A DNA stretch of 62,643 nucleotides, the filler included, from Deltaproteobacteria bacterium (GTDB taxonomy: Bacteria; JAUYMQ01): the NCBI GenBank assembly GCA_030698575.1. It is 11 parts of 11 records of this genome, joined end to end, with 100 filler letters (N's around TTAATTAATTAA, not from the genome) between each part and the next. Parts side by side here need not be neighbours in the genome. Positions count along the whole stretch, not along the records: positions 1 to 21,340 come from JAUYMQ010000469.1; positions 21,441 to 25,271 come from JAUYMQ010000253.1; 9 more parts are not named here. One strand, 5' to 3'. Below, in pieces: positions 11,642 to 23,468 of this stretch. Position 1 is the first letter of the stretch. Each line of letters starts with the position of its first letter. Both the position numbers and the translations under genes were made by a program. Under the pieces are notes generated by a model that worked only from the letters and a program-made list of their open reading frames with translations, was not told the DNA's origin and made no database searches.

Positions 11642-12543
11642 AAAAGCGATCCACCTTTCTGGCCATCGTCGCCACGCTCCTGATCGTCGGCGCCTTCGCG
11701 GCGGCGGGGCTGGCGCTGGTGCGGCGGGCATCGTCACCCATGCCGCGGCTCATGGTCGGCCGTGACAAGGTCGGGGTCGTCCCCATCGAGGGGATCATCG
11801 GCCTCGATGTCGAGTCCGACAAAATCATCGAGCAGCTCGAGGCCTTCAAGGACAACCCGTCCGTGAAGGCGGTCGTGGTGCGGATCTCGAGCCCCGGGGG
11901 GAGCGTCGGCCCCTCCCAGGAGATCTACGACAAGATCCTCGAGGTTTCGGAAGAGAAGCACGTGGTGGCGTCGCTTGCCGACGTGGCGGCCTCGGGCGGA
12001 TACTACGTCGCGGCCGCGGCCGACAAGATCGTCGCCAATCCGGGGACCATCACCGGAAGCATCGGCGTCATCGCCGAGTTTCCCAACTTCGCCCAGCTTC
12101 TCGACAAGATCGGCGTGAAGCAGGCGGTCGTGAAGAGCGGCGAGTTCAAGGACATCGGCAGCCCGGTTCGGGACCTCACCGAGAAGGAAAAGCAGCTGAT
12201 GCAAGGGCTCATCGATAATGTCTACGATCAGTTCGTGATGGCCATTGTCGAGGGGCGCGAGATGGAGCGTGACGCCATACTTCCCTACGCCGACGGCCGT
12301 GTCTTTTCGGGTGAGCAGGCGCTCGCCTACGGATTCGTCGACGATCTCGGCGGGCTCGAGGCGGCGGTGAAGATGGCTGGTGAACTCGGCGGGATCGAGG
12401 GCGAGCCCGCGGTCCTCTATCCGGAGCGGCGCTTCGATTCGTTCGTTGACATGTTCTTCGGCCAGCAGGTGGATGGGCTTCTGAAGCGGGCGCAGTTGCC
12501 GTCGTTTCATCTAAGCTATCTGTTTGTTCCGCCCACACACTAG
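11638..12543 (+). CDS. sppA: Signal peptide peptidase SppA (short form)
   Basis: RISSPGG, AASGGYY and GSIGV, with an N-terminal TM anchor. Confidence 0.93.
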
Positions 12544-12571
12544 CCGGGCCAATCGGGACAAGGAGACCAAC

Positions 12572-12868
12572 ATGACCAAGAGCGATCTGGTATCCAAAGT
12601 CGCGGAACGGATGTCACACGTTTCCAAGAAGGATACCGAGATGATCGTGAATTCGGTCTTCGAGAGCATGTCCGAGGCGCTCAAGCGCGGAGACCGGATC
12701 GAAATTCGTGGTTTCGGGAGCTTCCAGGTGAAGCTTCGGGAGTCCCGGGAAGGGCGCAATCCCAAGACCGGCGATATCGTTTCAATCCCGGCCAAACGCA
12801 CTCCCTTCTTCAAGGTGGGAAAGGAGTTGAAGGAGCGCGTGAACTACAAGCCCGGGGACGGCAAGTAA
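12572..12868 (+). CDS. ihfB: Integration host factor beta subunit
   Basis: MTKSDL, RIEIRGFGSF, GRNPKTG and GKELKERVN. AGGAG RBS. Confidence 0.93.
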   Translation: MTKSDLVSKVAERMSHVSKKDTEMIVNSVFESMSEALKRGDRIEIRGFGSFQVKLRESREGRNPKTGDIVSIPAKRTPFFKVGKELKERVNYKPGDGK

Positions 12869-12909
12869 CCGACTCGAGAACAGCGCGGGATGCGCAGCGG
12901 AGGAGCCAG

Positions 12910-13302
12910 ATGAGACTCGTGAAGGGGTTGGTGGGAATTGCACTGTTCTTTTCCGTCCTCTACTTCGGGATCCAGTTTGCGCGGAACAACAACCAGGCAT
13001 TGAGCCTCGAGCTTCCGGGAGGGTGGCAGACGCTGGACGTCGAGCTCTGGGAGCTCGTGCTGATCTCCGCGGCGGTGGGCGCCGCGCTGACCTTCCTCGT
13101 CTTCCTCGGCCAGCTCGTCGCCGGCGGCCTCGCGCGGCGCGGGTTCACCAAGCGCATCAAGGTGCTGGAGCGGGAGCTGAACGATCTGCGCAACATGCCC
13201 CTCTCCGCCGAGAAGGCGCCCGTGACCTCCGTGGCCGCTTTCACGCAAGACGGCGCCGCGGCGGATCCTCCCGCCGGCGCCGGTGACACGCCCGCGGCCT
13301 GA
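12910..13302 (+). CDS. lapA: LapA-family membrane protein
   Basis: Two TM segments plus a coiled tail (LERELNDLRN), between ihfB and a TPR gene as in ihfB-lapA-lapB. Confidence 0.7.
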   Translation: MRLVKGLVGIALFFSVLYFGIQFARNNNQALSLELPGGWQTLDVELWELVLISAAVGAALTFLVFLGQLVAGGLARRGFTKRIKVLERELNDLRNMPLSAEKAPVTSVAAFTQDGAAADPPAGAGDTPAA

Positions 13303-13355
13303 GGGCCGCGACTTTTTCATCTTCCAATTCGTTCACAGCGATCGGGAGGGATCGG

Positions 13356-14534
13356 GTGCTGCAAGGCCTCGATAGCGCAAGCTGGGAGATCTGGGCCCCG
13401 CTGGCGATCTTCCTGCTCCTGGCCGGCCTCGTCGGGGCCGTGCTGGCGGCCCGGCGCCGCGCCGCCAGGTCTCGCGACCTCGAGTTCGACGCCTACCGGA
13501 ACGCCGTGGGCGCGCTTCTCGGGGGCGATCTCGAGGCGGCCTCGAAAGCGCTGCGGGCCGCCGCCGAGCAGAACTCCGCCCGCATCGAAACCTACCTGTC
13601 CCTCGGCCGCATCATCCGCCGCCTCGGTGATCCCGAGCGCGCCCTGCGCGTGCACCGGAGCCTGCTCGTGCGTCAGGGGCTGGCGCCGGGTCTCCGCTTC
13701 GAGGCGCTCCGCGACGCCGCCCTCGACGAGCTGGCGGCCGGCCGCCCGAAGGAAGCCCTGGCGCTTCTCGACGAGGTTCTGGCCAAGCGCCGGAAGGATC
13801 GCGAAGCGCTCACGGCCGCTGTCGAGGCGCATGCTCGGCTCGGCCACTGGGAGGCCGCCTACGAGAACCGGCGGCGGCTCGATCGCCTTGACGGTATTCC
13901 GCAGCCCGCGCTGCTCGCGCGCCTCATGGCCGCGCGCGCGCGGCAGCTCCTGGCCCAGAACGATCCCGGCGGCGCGCGCAAGGCGCTCAAGAAGGCGATC
14001 GGCGCGCATGCCGGGTCCGTTCAGGCCCTCCTGGCGCTGGGCGATACGGCGCTGCTCGAGGGGAAGGGCGAGAAGGCGGTGGAGGCGTGGGAGAAGATCC
14101 TCAAGGCCGATCCGGGGCGCGCCGCGGCGCTGTTTCCGAGGCTGGAGCAGGCTCACTACGCCATCGGCGACGTCGACCGGCTGGAGGTGATCCTGCGGCG
14201 CTTCGCCGGTGAGCACCCGGACGACGCGAATATCCATCTTCTGCTCGGACGCCACGTGGCGAAGAAGCAGCGCGTCGTCGACGCCCTCGGAAGCCTGAAG
14301 CGGGCCATCGATCTGGATCCGGGAAATCTCGCCGCCCACCTCGAGCGATGCCGCCTCCGGCTGGCGCACGGGCCGCAGGCGGATCTCGAGGGTGATATCC
14401 GCGCGCTGCTCGACGCCCTTCAGGCCGCGCCGCCCGTTACGCCCCTCGCGGCCGGCACGGCCTCCCCGCTCGAGGGGATGCTTCAGGCGGACGAGCGGCG
14501 CGCCTGGGAACTGATCCCCGCGCCAAAGCGGTAG
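13356..14534 (+). CDS. lapB: LapB-like TPR membrane-anchored protein
   Basis: N-terminal TM, 'ETYLSLG...GDPERALRVH' and TPRs. The C-terminal rubredoxin Cys pairs are not visible. Confidence 0.65.
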   Translation: MLQGLDSASWEIWAPLAIFLLLAGLVGAVLAARRRAARSRDLEFDAYRNAVGALLGGDLEAASKALRAAAEQNSARIETYLSLGRIIRRLGDPERALRVHRSLLVRQGLAPGLRFEALRDAALDELAAGRPKEALALLDEVLAKRRKDREALTAAVEAHARLGHWEAAYENRRRLDRLDGIPQPALLARLMAARARQLLAQNDPGGARKALKKAIGAHAGSVQALLALGDTALLEGKGEKAVEAWEKILKADPGRAAALFPRLEQAHYAIGDVDRLEVILRRFAGEHPDDANIHLLLGRHVAKKQRVVDALGSLKRAIDLDPGNLAAHLERCRLRLAHGPQADLEGDIRALLDALQAAPPVTPLAAGTASPLEGMLQADERRAWELIPAPKR

Positions 14535-14553
14535 ATTTCAGAATCGAGCCCTG

Positions 14554-17256
14554 ATGATGAAGCAGAACGGCCAGAAGTCGCGCTCAGCCGCCACACCGAT
14601 GCTGCGGCACTACCTGGAGATCAAGGAGCGCTACCCCGAAGAGATCCTTTTCTACCGCGTGGGCGACTTCTTCGAGATGTTCTACGAGGATGCGCTGCGC
14701 GCCTCGAAGCTGCTCGATATCGCCCTCACCTCGCGCGACAAGAACAGCGACAACCCCGTTCCACTCTGCGGTGTTCCCCACCACGCCGTGAACGGCTACA
14801 TCTCCCGCCTCGTTGCGGGCGGCCACAAGGTCGTGGTCTGCGACCAGGTGGAGGACGCCCGTTTCGCCCAGGGGCTCGTACGCCGCGAGGTCACCCGTGT
14901 GATCACGCCCGGCACGCTGCTCGAGGACGAGCACCTGGAGGCGCGGGGGAACAACTACCTGCTGGGACTTTCCGCGGGGGAGGGCCGGGTGGGGCTGGCG
15001 TGCCTCGATCTCTCGACGGGGGAGTTCCGCGCAACCGAAGTCGAGGACGAGCCTGCCGCCATCGAAGAGGTGGCCAGAATCGACCCTCGCGAAGTGCTTC
15101 TCTCGCAGGATCTCGCGTCCGCGGAGGGCTTCAGCGCGCGGTGGCGCGTGCTCGACGGCCGGTGCGTCAACGTGATCGAGAGCGCCGCATTCGATCCGGA
15201 GCGGGCCCGCCTCCTGCTCTGCGAGCAGTTCGCCGTGCAATCGCTCGACGGATTCGGCTGCGAGGGGCTTTCGCCGGCGCTCGGGGCGGCAGGCGCGCTG
15301 GTGGCTTACGCCCGGGAGACCCAGTGCACCGCCGTGGCTCATCTCGGCCGCGTGGTTCCCTACGTGCTGGCCGACTACATGGTGCTCGACGATTCGACGC
15401 GCCGGAATCTCGAGCTGACGCAGACGCTCCGGGAGACGCGACGTGACGGCTCGCTGCTGGCCACCATCGACCGCACGGTGACCGCGATGGGCGCACGCGC
15501 GCTCGGCCGCTGGGTGCTCTACCCGCTCCTCCGGATCGACGAGATCAACCGCCGCCTCGACGCCGTGGAGGAGCTTCTCGGCAAGGCTGCGGTACGCGAG
15601 TCGCTCCGCGACCAGCTCGCCCGCCTGGCGGACCTCGAGCGAATCAACGCGCGCGTGGCCGCGGGGCGTGCCACTCCGAGGGATCTCGGCGCGATGCGCG
15701 CGAGCCTCGAAGCCCTTCCCGCGATTCTCGATACGGTTTCGCAGCTCGATGCAGATTACTTCCGGAAGGACCGCTTCCCTCTCGATCCGCTACCCGACCT
15801 GGCGGCGCTGCTCGCGCAGAGCATCGTCGAGGCGCCGCCCGCCATCGCGCGTGAAGGGGGCGTGATCCGGCCCGGTTACAACGCCCGCCTCGACGAGCTG
15901 CGTGATCTCTCGGGGCACGGCAAGGGGTGGATCGCAGAGCTGGAGGCGCGTGAGCGCGCGCGCACGAAGATCAGCAACCTGAAGATCCGCTACAACAAGG
16001 TCTTCGGCTACTTCATCGAGATCACGAAGTCGAACCTACAGCTGGTGCCGCCGGACTACGAGCGGCGGCAGACGCTCGCGAACGCCGAGCGCTACGTCAC
16101 ACCGGAGCTGAAGGACTGGGAATCGAAGGTGCTCACGGCCGACGAGGAGGCGGTCGCGCTTGAGCGAGATCTCTTCGACGAGATACACGGGCGCCTTCGC
16201 TCCGAATCGGGGCGGGTTCAGGGGACGGCTGCGGCGATCGCGCGGCTCGACGCCCTGGCGGCGCTCGCACAGGTGGCGCATGCGCATCGCTACGTGCGTC
16301 CCCTGGTGGACGCCGGCGGCGTGCTCACGATCATCGAGGGACGTCATCCCGTCATCGAGCGCGCCAACCTCGGCGAGCGCTTCGTTCCGAACGACGTGCA
16401 CATCGACGGCGATAGCCAGCAGTTGCTCATTCTCACCGGCCCTAACATGGCCGGCAAGTCGACCGTGCTCCGCCAGACGGCCCTCATCGCCCTCATGGCG
16501 CAGATGGGGAGCTTCGTGCCCGCGCGGTCGGCACGGATCGGCCTCGTCGATCGAATCTTCACGCGTGTGGGGGCGAGTGACAGCCTCTCCCGCGGCCACA
16601 GCACGTTCATGGTCGAGATGATTGAGGCGGCGAACATCCTTCATCATGCGACCGATCGGAGCCTCGTGATCCTCGACGAGATCGGCCGCGGCACCTCGAC
16701 CTTCGACGGGATCAGCATCGCCTGGGCCATCGCCGAGTTTCTCCACGACCGGCTGGGCGCGCGCCCGCTCTTCCCCACGCACTATCACGAGCTGACCGAT
16801 CTGGCGCGCACGAAGCTGCGCGCGCGGAACTTCCATATCGCGGTGAAGGAGTGGAACGGGCGGGTGATCTTCCTCCGGAAGCTCGTCGAGGGGGGCACCA
16901 GCCGCAGCTACGGCATCGAGGTCGCGCGCCTCGCGGGGCTGCCGGCCGAGGTCGTGGAGCGGGCGCGGGAGGTGCTCGACAATCTCGAGCGCGGCGAGCT
17001 GGATGAATGGGGATCGCCGCGGCTCGCGGCGGGGCACAGCGCTCCCGAGAGCGCACGCGCCGGCCAGCTCGGGCTTTTCACCGGGCCGCCGCCCCCGGGC
17101 GCTTCGTCCGCCGCGGCCGCCGCCGACCGACTGCGCGACGAGATAGCCTCGGCCGACCGCGACACCCTCTCCCCCCTCGAGGCGCTGAATCTGTTGCATC
17201 GCCTGAAGCGAGGGCTTGCCGGAGACGATCCGGAAGAGGGGGGGGGAGGTTCTTGA
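14554..17256 (+). CDS. mutS: DNA mismatch repair protein MutS
   Basis: TPML, GDFFEMF, TGPNMAGKST, STFMVEM and DEIGRGTST. Confidence 0.97.
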   Translation: MMKQNGQKSRSAATPMLRHYLEIKERYPEEILFYRVGDFFEMFYEDALRASKLLDIALTSRDKNSDNPVPLCGVPHHAVNGYISRLVAGGHKVVVCDQVEDARFAQGLVRREVTRVITPGTLLEDEHLEARGNNYLLGLSAGEGRVGLACLDLSTGEFRATEVEDEPAAIEEVARIDPREVLLSQDLASAEGFSARWRVLDGRCVNVIESAAFDPERARLLLCEQFAVQSLDGFGCEGLSPALGAAGALVAYARETQCTAVAHLGRVVPYVLADYMVLDDSTRRNLELTQTLRETRRDGSLLATIDRTVTAMGARALGRWVLYPLLRIDEINRRLDAVEELLGKAAVRESLRDQLARLADLERINARVAAGRATPRDLGAMRASLEALPAILDTVSQLDADYFRKDRFPLDPLPDLAALLAQSIVEAPPAIAREGGVIRPGYNARLDELRDLSGHGKGWIAELEARERARTKISNLKIRYNKVFGYFIEITKSNLQLVPPDYERRQTLANAERYVTPELKDWESKVLTADEEAVALERDLFDEIHGRLRSESGRVQGTAAAIARLDALAALAQVAHAHRYVRPLVDAGGVLTIIEGRHPVIERANLGERFVPNDVHIDGDSQQLLILTGPNMAGKSTVLRQTALIALMAQMGSFVPARSARIGLVDRIFTRVGASDSLSRGHSTFMVEMIEAANILHHATDRSLVILDEIGRGTSTFDGISIAWAIAEFLHDRLGARPLFPTHYHELTDLARTKLRARNFHIAVKEWNGRVIFLRKLVEGGTSRSYGIEVARLAGLPAEVVERAREVLDNLERGELDEWGSPRLAAGHSAPESARAGQLGLFTGPPPPGASSAAAAADRLRDEIASADRDTLSPLEALNLLHRLKRGLAGDDPEEGGGGS

Positions 17257-18134
17257 AAAGGGGTGCCTGCCTGGCCGTTTTCGCCGGCGCCGTCGTTCTG
17301 ACGGCGCCGGTGCTGGTGGTTCAACCCATGGGCGGCGCCGCGCTGGCCGCCGATGGCCGCATCGTTGATCTCTCCGGCGACTACAATCGCACCCGTGTCG
17401 AGTTCGAGTCCTTCCTGCAGAACCCCGATCGCTTCAAGGATACCGGGCGGTGGGACGGTTTCGCGGATCGGTTTCGCAGAATCTATGAAACCGACCGCGG
17501 CGGCCCGCGCGCCGACGAGGCGCTCTACATGGTGGGTGAGGTGAACTACGAGCGGCACCGTGTCTTCCGGCGGCGCGAGTATCTCGACGCGGCGATCAGC
17601 GCCTTCACACGGCTCCTCGACAGCTACCGGTACAGCTCGATGGGGAGCGATGCGCTGGTCGGCCTGGCGGACATTCACTATTATAATCTCGATGATCCGC
17701 GCCGGGCCTATCTGCTCTACCGGCGGGCTGCGCGGGACTACGCGGATACCGAGGCTGCCCGGCGGGCCCGCGTGCGCCTGGTGGCGATCGAGGCGCAGCA
17801 CCCGGAATTCGCGTCGGCCGACGATTCGCAGCTCGAAGGGCTCATTCCTCCGGCCGGTTCCGGGAAGCCGCTCCCCTCGCCGGGGGCCGTTGTCGGCGGA
17901 CGTACTGGAGGCAGGCCAGCGACGGCCGGGCGTACGACGGCTGGGCGAACGACAGTCGAGCAAACGCCGGCTGCCACCGCCGCGCGAACCGTGAGGGATC
18001 CCGCTCCGCCACCACGACCGGTCCGGAGCGACGCCGCGGCTTCCGCGCCCGGAAATCCGCTGCTCCAAAAGGGGCCGAATCCCTTCAAACGCCCCTCTGA
18101 CGATTTGCCGGTGCTGAGTTCGCCCGGTCCCTGA
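17253..18134 (+). CDS. Exported TPR/BamD-like repeat protein with a low-complexity Pro/Ala/Thr tail
   Basis: TTG start overlaps the mutS stop. Signal-like N-terminus, with 'ADEALYMVG' and 'SDALVGLADIHY' TPR motifs. Confidence 0.7.
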   Translation: MKRGACLAVFAGAVVLTAPVLVVQPMGGAALAADGRIVDLSGDYNRTRVEFESFLQNPDRFKDTGRWDGFADRFRRIYETDRGGPRADEALYMVGEVNYERHRVFRRREYLDAAISAFTRLLDSYRYSSMGSDALVGLADIHYYNLDDPRRAYLLYRRAARDYADTEAARRARVRLVAIEAQHPEFASADDSQLEGLIPPAGSGKPLPSPGAVVGGRTGGRPATAGRTTAGRTTVEQTPAATAARTVRDPAPPPRPVRSDAAASAPGNPLLQKGPNPFKRPSDDLPVLSSPGP

Positions 18135-18169
18135 TCCCGCAGGCGGGAGATTCTCCGGAGTCTGCAGCG

Positions 18170-20917
18170 ATGTCCGTTGCTCTCACAGAAGTCGTAAGCC
18201 GCACCGAGGAGGTCGAGATTCTCTCGCCTCTCGCGGAGCTCGAGCAACCACCGCCGGGCGGGTCCTGGGCGCACGAGGAGGTCGTTGCGCGCGCGAAGAT
18301 ATTCCTCGAGCGAAAGGACGCGCTTCTTCGCCGCCTGCACGCCGAGCTTCCCCTGGGCGGCGCGCTCATGAACGCCAACACGCGGCTCATCGACACCCTT
18401 CTCAGAACCCTGATGAACGTCGCCGAGGCCGGCTTCCGGGCGAAGTACACGCACCTCGAGGGGCGGCTGGCGATCATCGCCCAGGGCGGCTACGGGCGCG
18501 GGAAGATGGCGCCGTATTCGGACATCGACGTCCTGTTTCTCTACTCCTACAAGGTCGACAGCTACGTCGAGAGCATCACAGAGCAGGTGCTCCTGATTCT
18601 CTGGGACGTGGGGCTGCAGGTGGGCTCGGCGGTGCGCACGGTGGCCGACTGCGTGCGCATGGGAGAGGCGGACCTCACGATCCGGACCTCGCTGATGGAC
18701 ACGCGATACGTGGCCGGCGATCCGCTCCTGGCCGCTGAGCTCGAGACCCGAATCCGCAAGGACGTCATCGGAAAGAACGTGCAGGATTTCTTCCGCGCCA
18801 AGCTCGCCGAATCGGAGCAGCGGCATAAGCGCTATGGCGGGAGCATCTTCGTGCTGGAACCCAACCTGAAGGAGGGGATGGGCGGCTTGCGCGATTACCA
18901 CACCGCGCTCTGGATCGCGAAGGCGGTCTACAAGGTGAATCACCTCCGCGATCTTCTCGCCAAGGGCGTGATGACCGAGCGCGAGCTCAAGGACTTCGAG
19001 CGATCGATCGAGTTCATGTGGCGGGTCCGAAACGAGCTCCACCTCCTTTCGGGCCGGCGCAACGATCAGATCCAGTTCGAGTATCAGGACCCCATCGCCA
19101 AGGCCTTCCGCTACCGCACGAACGGGCGCCAGCAGCCCGAGGAACGTTTCATGCAGCACTACTACCTGCACGCGCGGAACGTGCTCGAATGCTCGACGCG
19201 CCTGGTGCAGCGGGCGGCGCTGCTGCAGGGCGGGGGCGGCATCGCGCCGATCATGGCGAGGCTCAGGCAGCGGGTTATCGCCCCGGGCTTCAAGATCTAC
19301 GAGGGAGCGCTGGGCCTTACCGAGAACGATCTCTTCGAGAAGCGCCCCGAGGCGATGATGGAGGCCTTCGAGCTGGCCCAGAAGCACGGGATCGACTTCT
19401 CGTCGTCGTTGCTCGATCGCCTGAGAGAGAACCTCCGTCGCATAGACCGGAACTTCCGCCAGGACCCCGAGGTGAGCAGGTGTTTCCTCCGGATACTGGA
19501 CGGCGGCAAGGACATCTACCGCATTCTCACGCTCATGAACAACACACGCCTGCTCGGGCGCTACATCCCCGAGTTCGGCCAGGTGGTCTGCAAGGTGCAG
19601 CGCGATGCGTTCCACGTCTACACGGTGGACGTGCACAGCATCATCGGCATCCTGGAGCTGGAGAAGCTCGAGGAAGGGGGCGCCGGCGATAAGTTCGAGC
19701 ACCTCCGGAGCCTGGTCACATCTCTCGATAGCCGGCACGAACTCTATCTCGCGCTGCTGCTTCACGATATCGGCAAGGGGACCGGGAAGGATCATCACAT
19801 CCGCGGCAAGCTGCGCGCCCACGAGGTCTGCACGCGGATGGGGCTCACGCCGGAGGCGACCGCCCGGATCGAGTTTCTCGTCGAGAATCACCTTCTCATG
19901 GTCCACTACGCGTTCCGGCGCGACGTGAACGACTTCCGGCTGATCGCCGACTTCGCCCGCCGCTGCGGCGATCTCGAAAACCTGAATCTCCTTTACCTCG
20001 TCTCCTTCGCCGACGTGCGGGCCGTTGCTCCGGATATCTGGAACGAGTGGAAACGCAGCCTCCTCGAGCTGGCCTACCAGCGGACCCACGCGATGCTCGA
20101 ACGGGGGCGGGTCGATCTGGACGAAGAGGAGTTGGTGGTGGAGCGCCAGGCCCATACCCGGGAGCTGCTGGCGGGAGAGATTCCGGAGGAGGAGCTCGAT
20201 CGCTTCTTCTCCCAGATGGTCAATCGATTCTTTATCTCGATAGGCCCTCAGCGGATCGCGCGCTGCATCCGGATCTGGCGCGAACTGAACGGCAAGCCGT
20301 TCTCCTACGACCTGAAGCAGCAGCACAAGCGCGGGACCTCGACGCTGATCGTGTGCGCGCCCGACTCGAAGGGGCTCTTCTCGAAGATCGCGGGCGTGAT
20401 GGCGGCGAACAACGCCAACATCGTTTCGGCTTCGGTGTTCACGACGCTGGACGGCACGGCGATCGACATCTATCAGATCACCGATCCCGTCACCTCCGGC
20501 CCGATTCTAACGGAAGCGAAGTGGGAGGCCATCTTCTCCGATCTCGACCGCGTGCTCAGCGGGGAGGAGGCCGTGGCGGCGCTAGTGGCGCGCAAGCGCC
20601 CCCCGTCGAAACTCGCCGAGCGCCAGATTCCGCGCCGCCCCTCGCGCGTCGAGATCGACAATGCCGCGTCGGACTTCTATACCGTCATTGACATCGACGG
20701 CCACGACCGCGTGGGCCTGCTCTACGAGATAACCAACGCCCTCCATGCGCTGGACGTGGGCATCTACGTGAGCCGCATAACGACGCGGCGGGGAAATGTC
20801 GACGACGTGTTCTTCGTGAAGGGGCCCGACGGGAAGAAGATCGATAACGAGGAGTTCCTCGAGAAGATCTGTCATCAGTTGCTCGAGGTCATGGGTCCCT
20901 CAGTATCGGGCCCCTGA
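18170..20917 (+). CDS. glnD: [Protein-PII] uridylyltransferase
   Basis: GGYGRG..PYSDID, LEPNLKEGMGGLRD, HVYTVDVHS, LLHDIGKG and two ACT domains. Confidence 0.96.
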   Translation: MSVALTEVVSRTEEVEILSPLAELEQPPPGGSWAHEEVVARAKIFLERKDALLRRLHAELPLGGALMNANTRLIDTLLRTLMNVAEAGFRAKYTHLEGRLAIIAQGGYGRGKMAPYSDIDVLFLYSYKVDSYVESITEQVLLILWDVGLQVGSAVRTVADCVRMGEADLTIRTSLMDTRYVAGDPLLAAELETRIRKDVIGKNVQDFFRAKLAESEQRHKRYGGSIFVLEPNLKEGMGGLRDYHTALWIAKAVYKVNHLRDLLAKGVMTERELKDFERSIEFMWRVRNELHLLSGRRNDQIQFEYQDPIAKAFRYRTNGRQQPEERFMQHYYLHARNVLECSTRLVQRAALLQGGGGIAPIMARLRQRVIAPGFKIYEGALGLTENDLFEKRPEAMMEAFELAQKHGIDFSSSLLDRLRENLRRIDRNFRQDPEVSRCFLRILDGGKDIYRILTLMNNTRLLGRYIPEFGQVVCKVQRDAFHVYTVDVHSIIGILELEKLEEGGAGDKFEHLRSLVTSLDSRHELYLALLLHDIGKGTGKDHHIRGKLRAHEVCTRMGLTPEATARIEFLVENHLLMVHYAFRRDVNDFRLIADFARRCGDLENLNLLYLVSFADVRAVAPDIWNEWKRSLLELAYQRTHAMLERGRVDLDEEELVVERQAHTRELLAGEIPEEELDRFFSQMVNRFFISIGPQRIARCIRIWRELNGKPFSYDLKQQHKRGTSTLIVCAPDSKGLFSKIAGVMAANNANIVSASVFTTLDGTAIDIYQITDPVTSGPILTEAKWEAIFSDLDRVLSGEEAVAALVARKRPPSKLAERQIPRRPSRVEIDNAASDFYTVIDIDGHDRVGLLYEITNALHALDVGIYVSRITTRRGNVDDVFFVKGPDGKKIDNEEFLEKICHQLLEVMGPSVSGP

Positions 20918-20927
20918 GAGGAGCCAG

Positions 20928-21340
20928 ATGAAGGGGATCGACGCGCAGATCGACGCCTTCATGAACCATGCGGCCATCGAGCAGGGCCTGGCCCGCAACA
21001 CGCTCGAGGCTTACGCCCGCGATCTCGCGCGCTATGGCCGGTTTCTCGCCTCGCGCCGCACCGACCCCGCCCGCGCCACGCCTGATCTCGTTTCGGTCTA
21101 CCTGGCTACGCTCATGCGGGACGGCCTCTCGCCCCGATCGGCCGAGCGCAACCTGGTCTCGGTGCGGCGGCTTCACGCCTACCTGGTGACGGCGGGCGCC
21201 GCGAAATCGAATCCAACCGAGGACATCCCCGCGCCCCGGCGCGGCCGGAACCTGCCGAAGGTGCTCTCCCTCGAGGAGGTCGAGGCCATCCTGGCCGCGC
21301 CCGACCCAGCCACGCCCCGCGGGCTCCGCGATGCCGCGAT
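20928..21340 (+). CDS. xerD: Site-specific tyrosine recombinase XerD, 3'-partial
   Basis: EQGLARNTLEAYARDL, LPKVLS and GLRDAA. Ends at a contig break. Confidence 0.85.
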
Positions 21341-21440
21341 NNNNNNNNNNNNNNNNNNNNNNNNNNNNNNNNNNNNNNNNNNNNTTAATTAATTAANNNN
21401 NNNNNNNNNNNNNNNNNNNNNNNNNNNNNNNNNNNNNNNN
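21341..21440. other. Artificial contig spacer (N-run with TTAATTAATTAA). Identical spacers at 25272, 31755, 36453, 40051, 44372, 49763, 52457, 56868 and 59983, each 100 bp
   Basis: Identical 100-bp N/linker blocks that truncate genes on both sides. Confidence 0.99.
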
Positions 21441-23383
<1,943 letters not shown>

Positions 23384-23468
23384 TCAGGGGGGTGTCAGGG
23401 GGGACAGGGCTGTTCCGGAACGGGCGCTCCGGAGGGCCGGCAGGGAGATGAGACTCGTGCGTCGACGA

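Noticed and set aside
16755-16795. MutS motif GARPLFPTHYHEL as a functional variant
   Set aside because: The usual motif is TLFATHYHEL. Two nearby single-base changes are more simply consensus errors, though this cannot be verified without reads.
17738-20326. 862-aa antisense ORF (also 4807-6186, 34770-36287, 36501-38561 and similar)
   Set aside because: Shadow frames opposite well-supported genes in GC-rich DNA, with no recognisable motifs.
20928-21340. Tyrosine recombinase as the integron integrase
   Set aside because: It has a XerD-like N-terminus in a housekeeping context on a different contig.
21341-21440. Recurring TTAATTAATTAA within N-runs, as a biological repeat
   Set aside because: Artificial contig linker with stops in all six frames. 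ORFs ending in X...LIN are artefacts.
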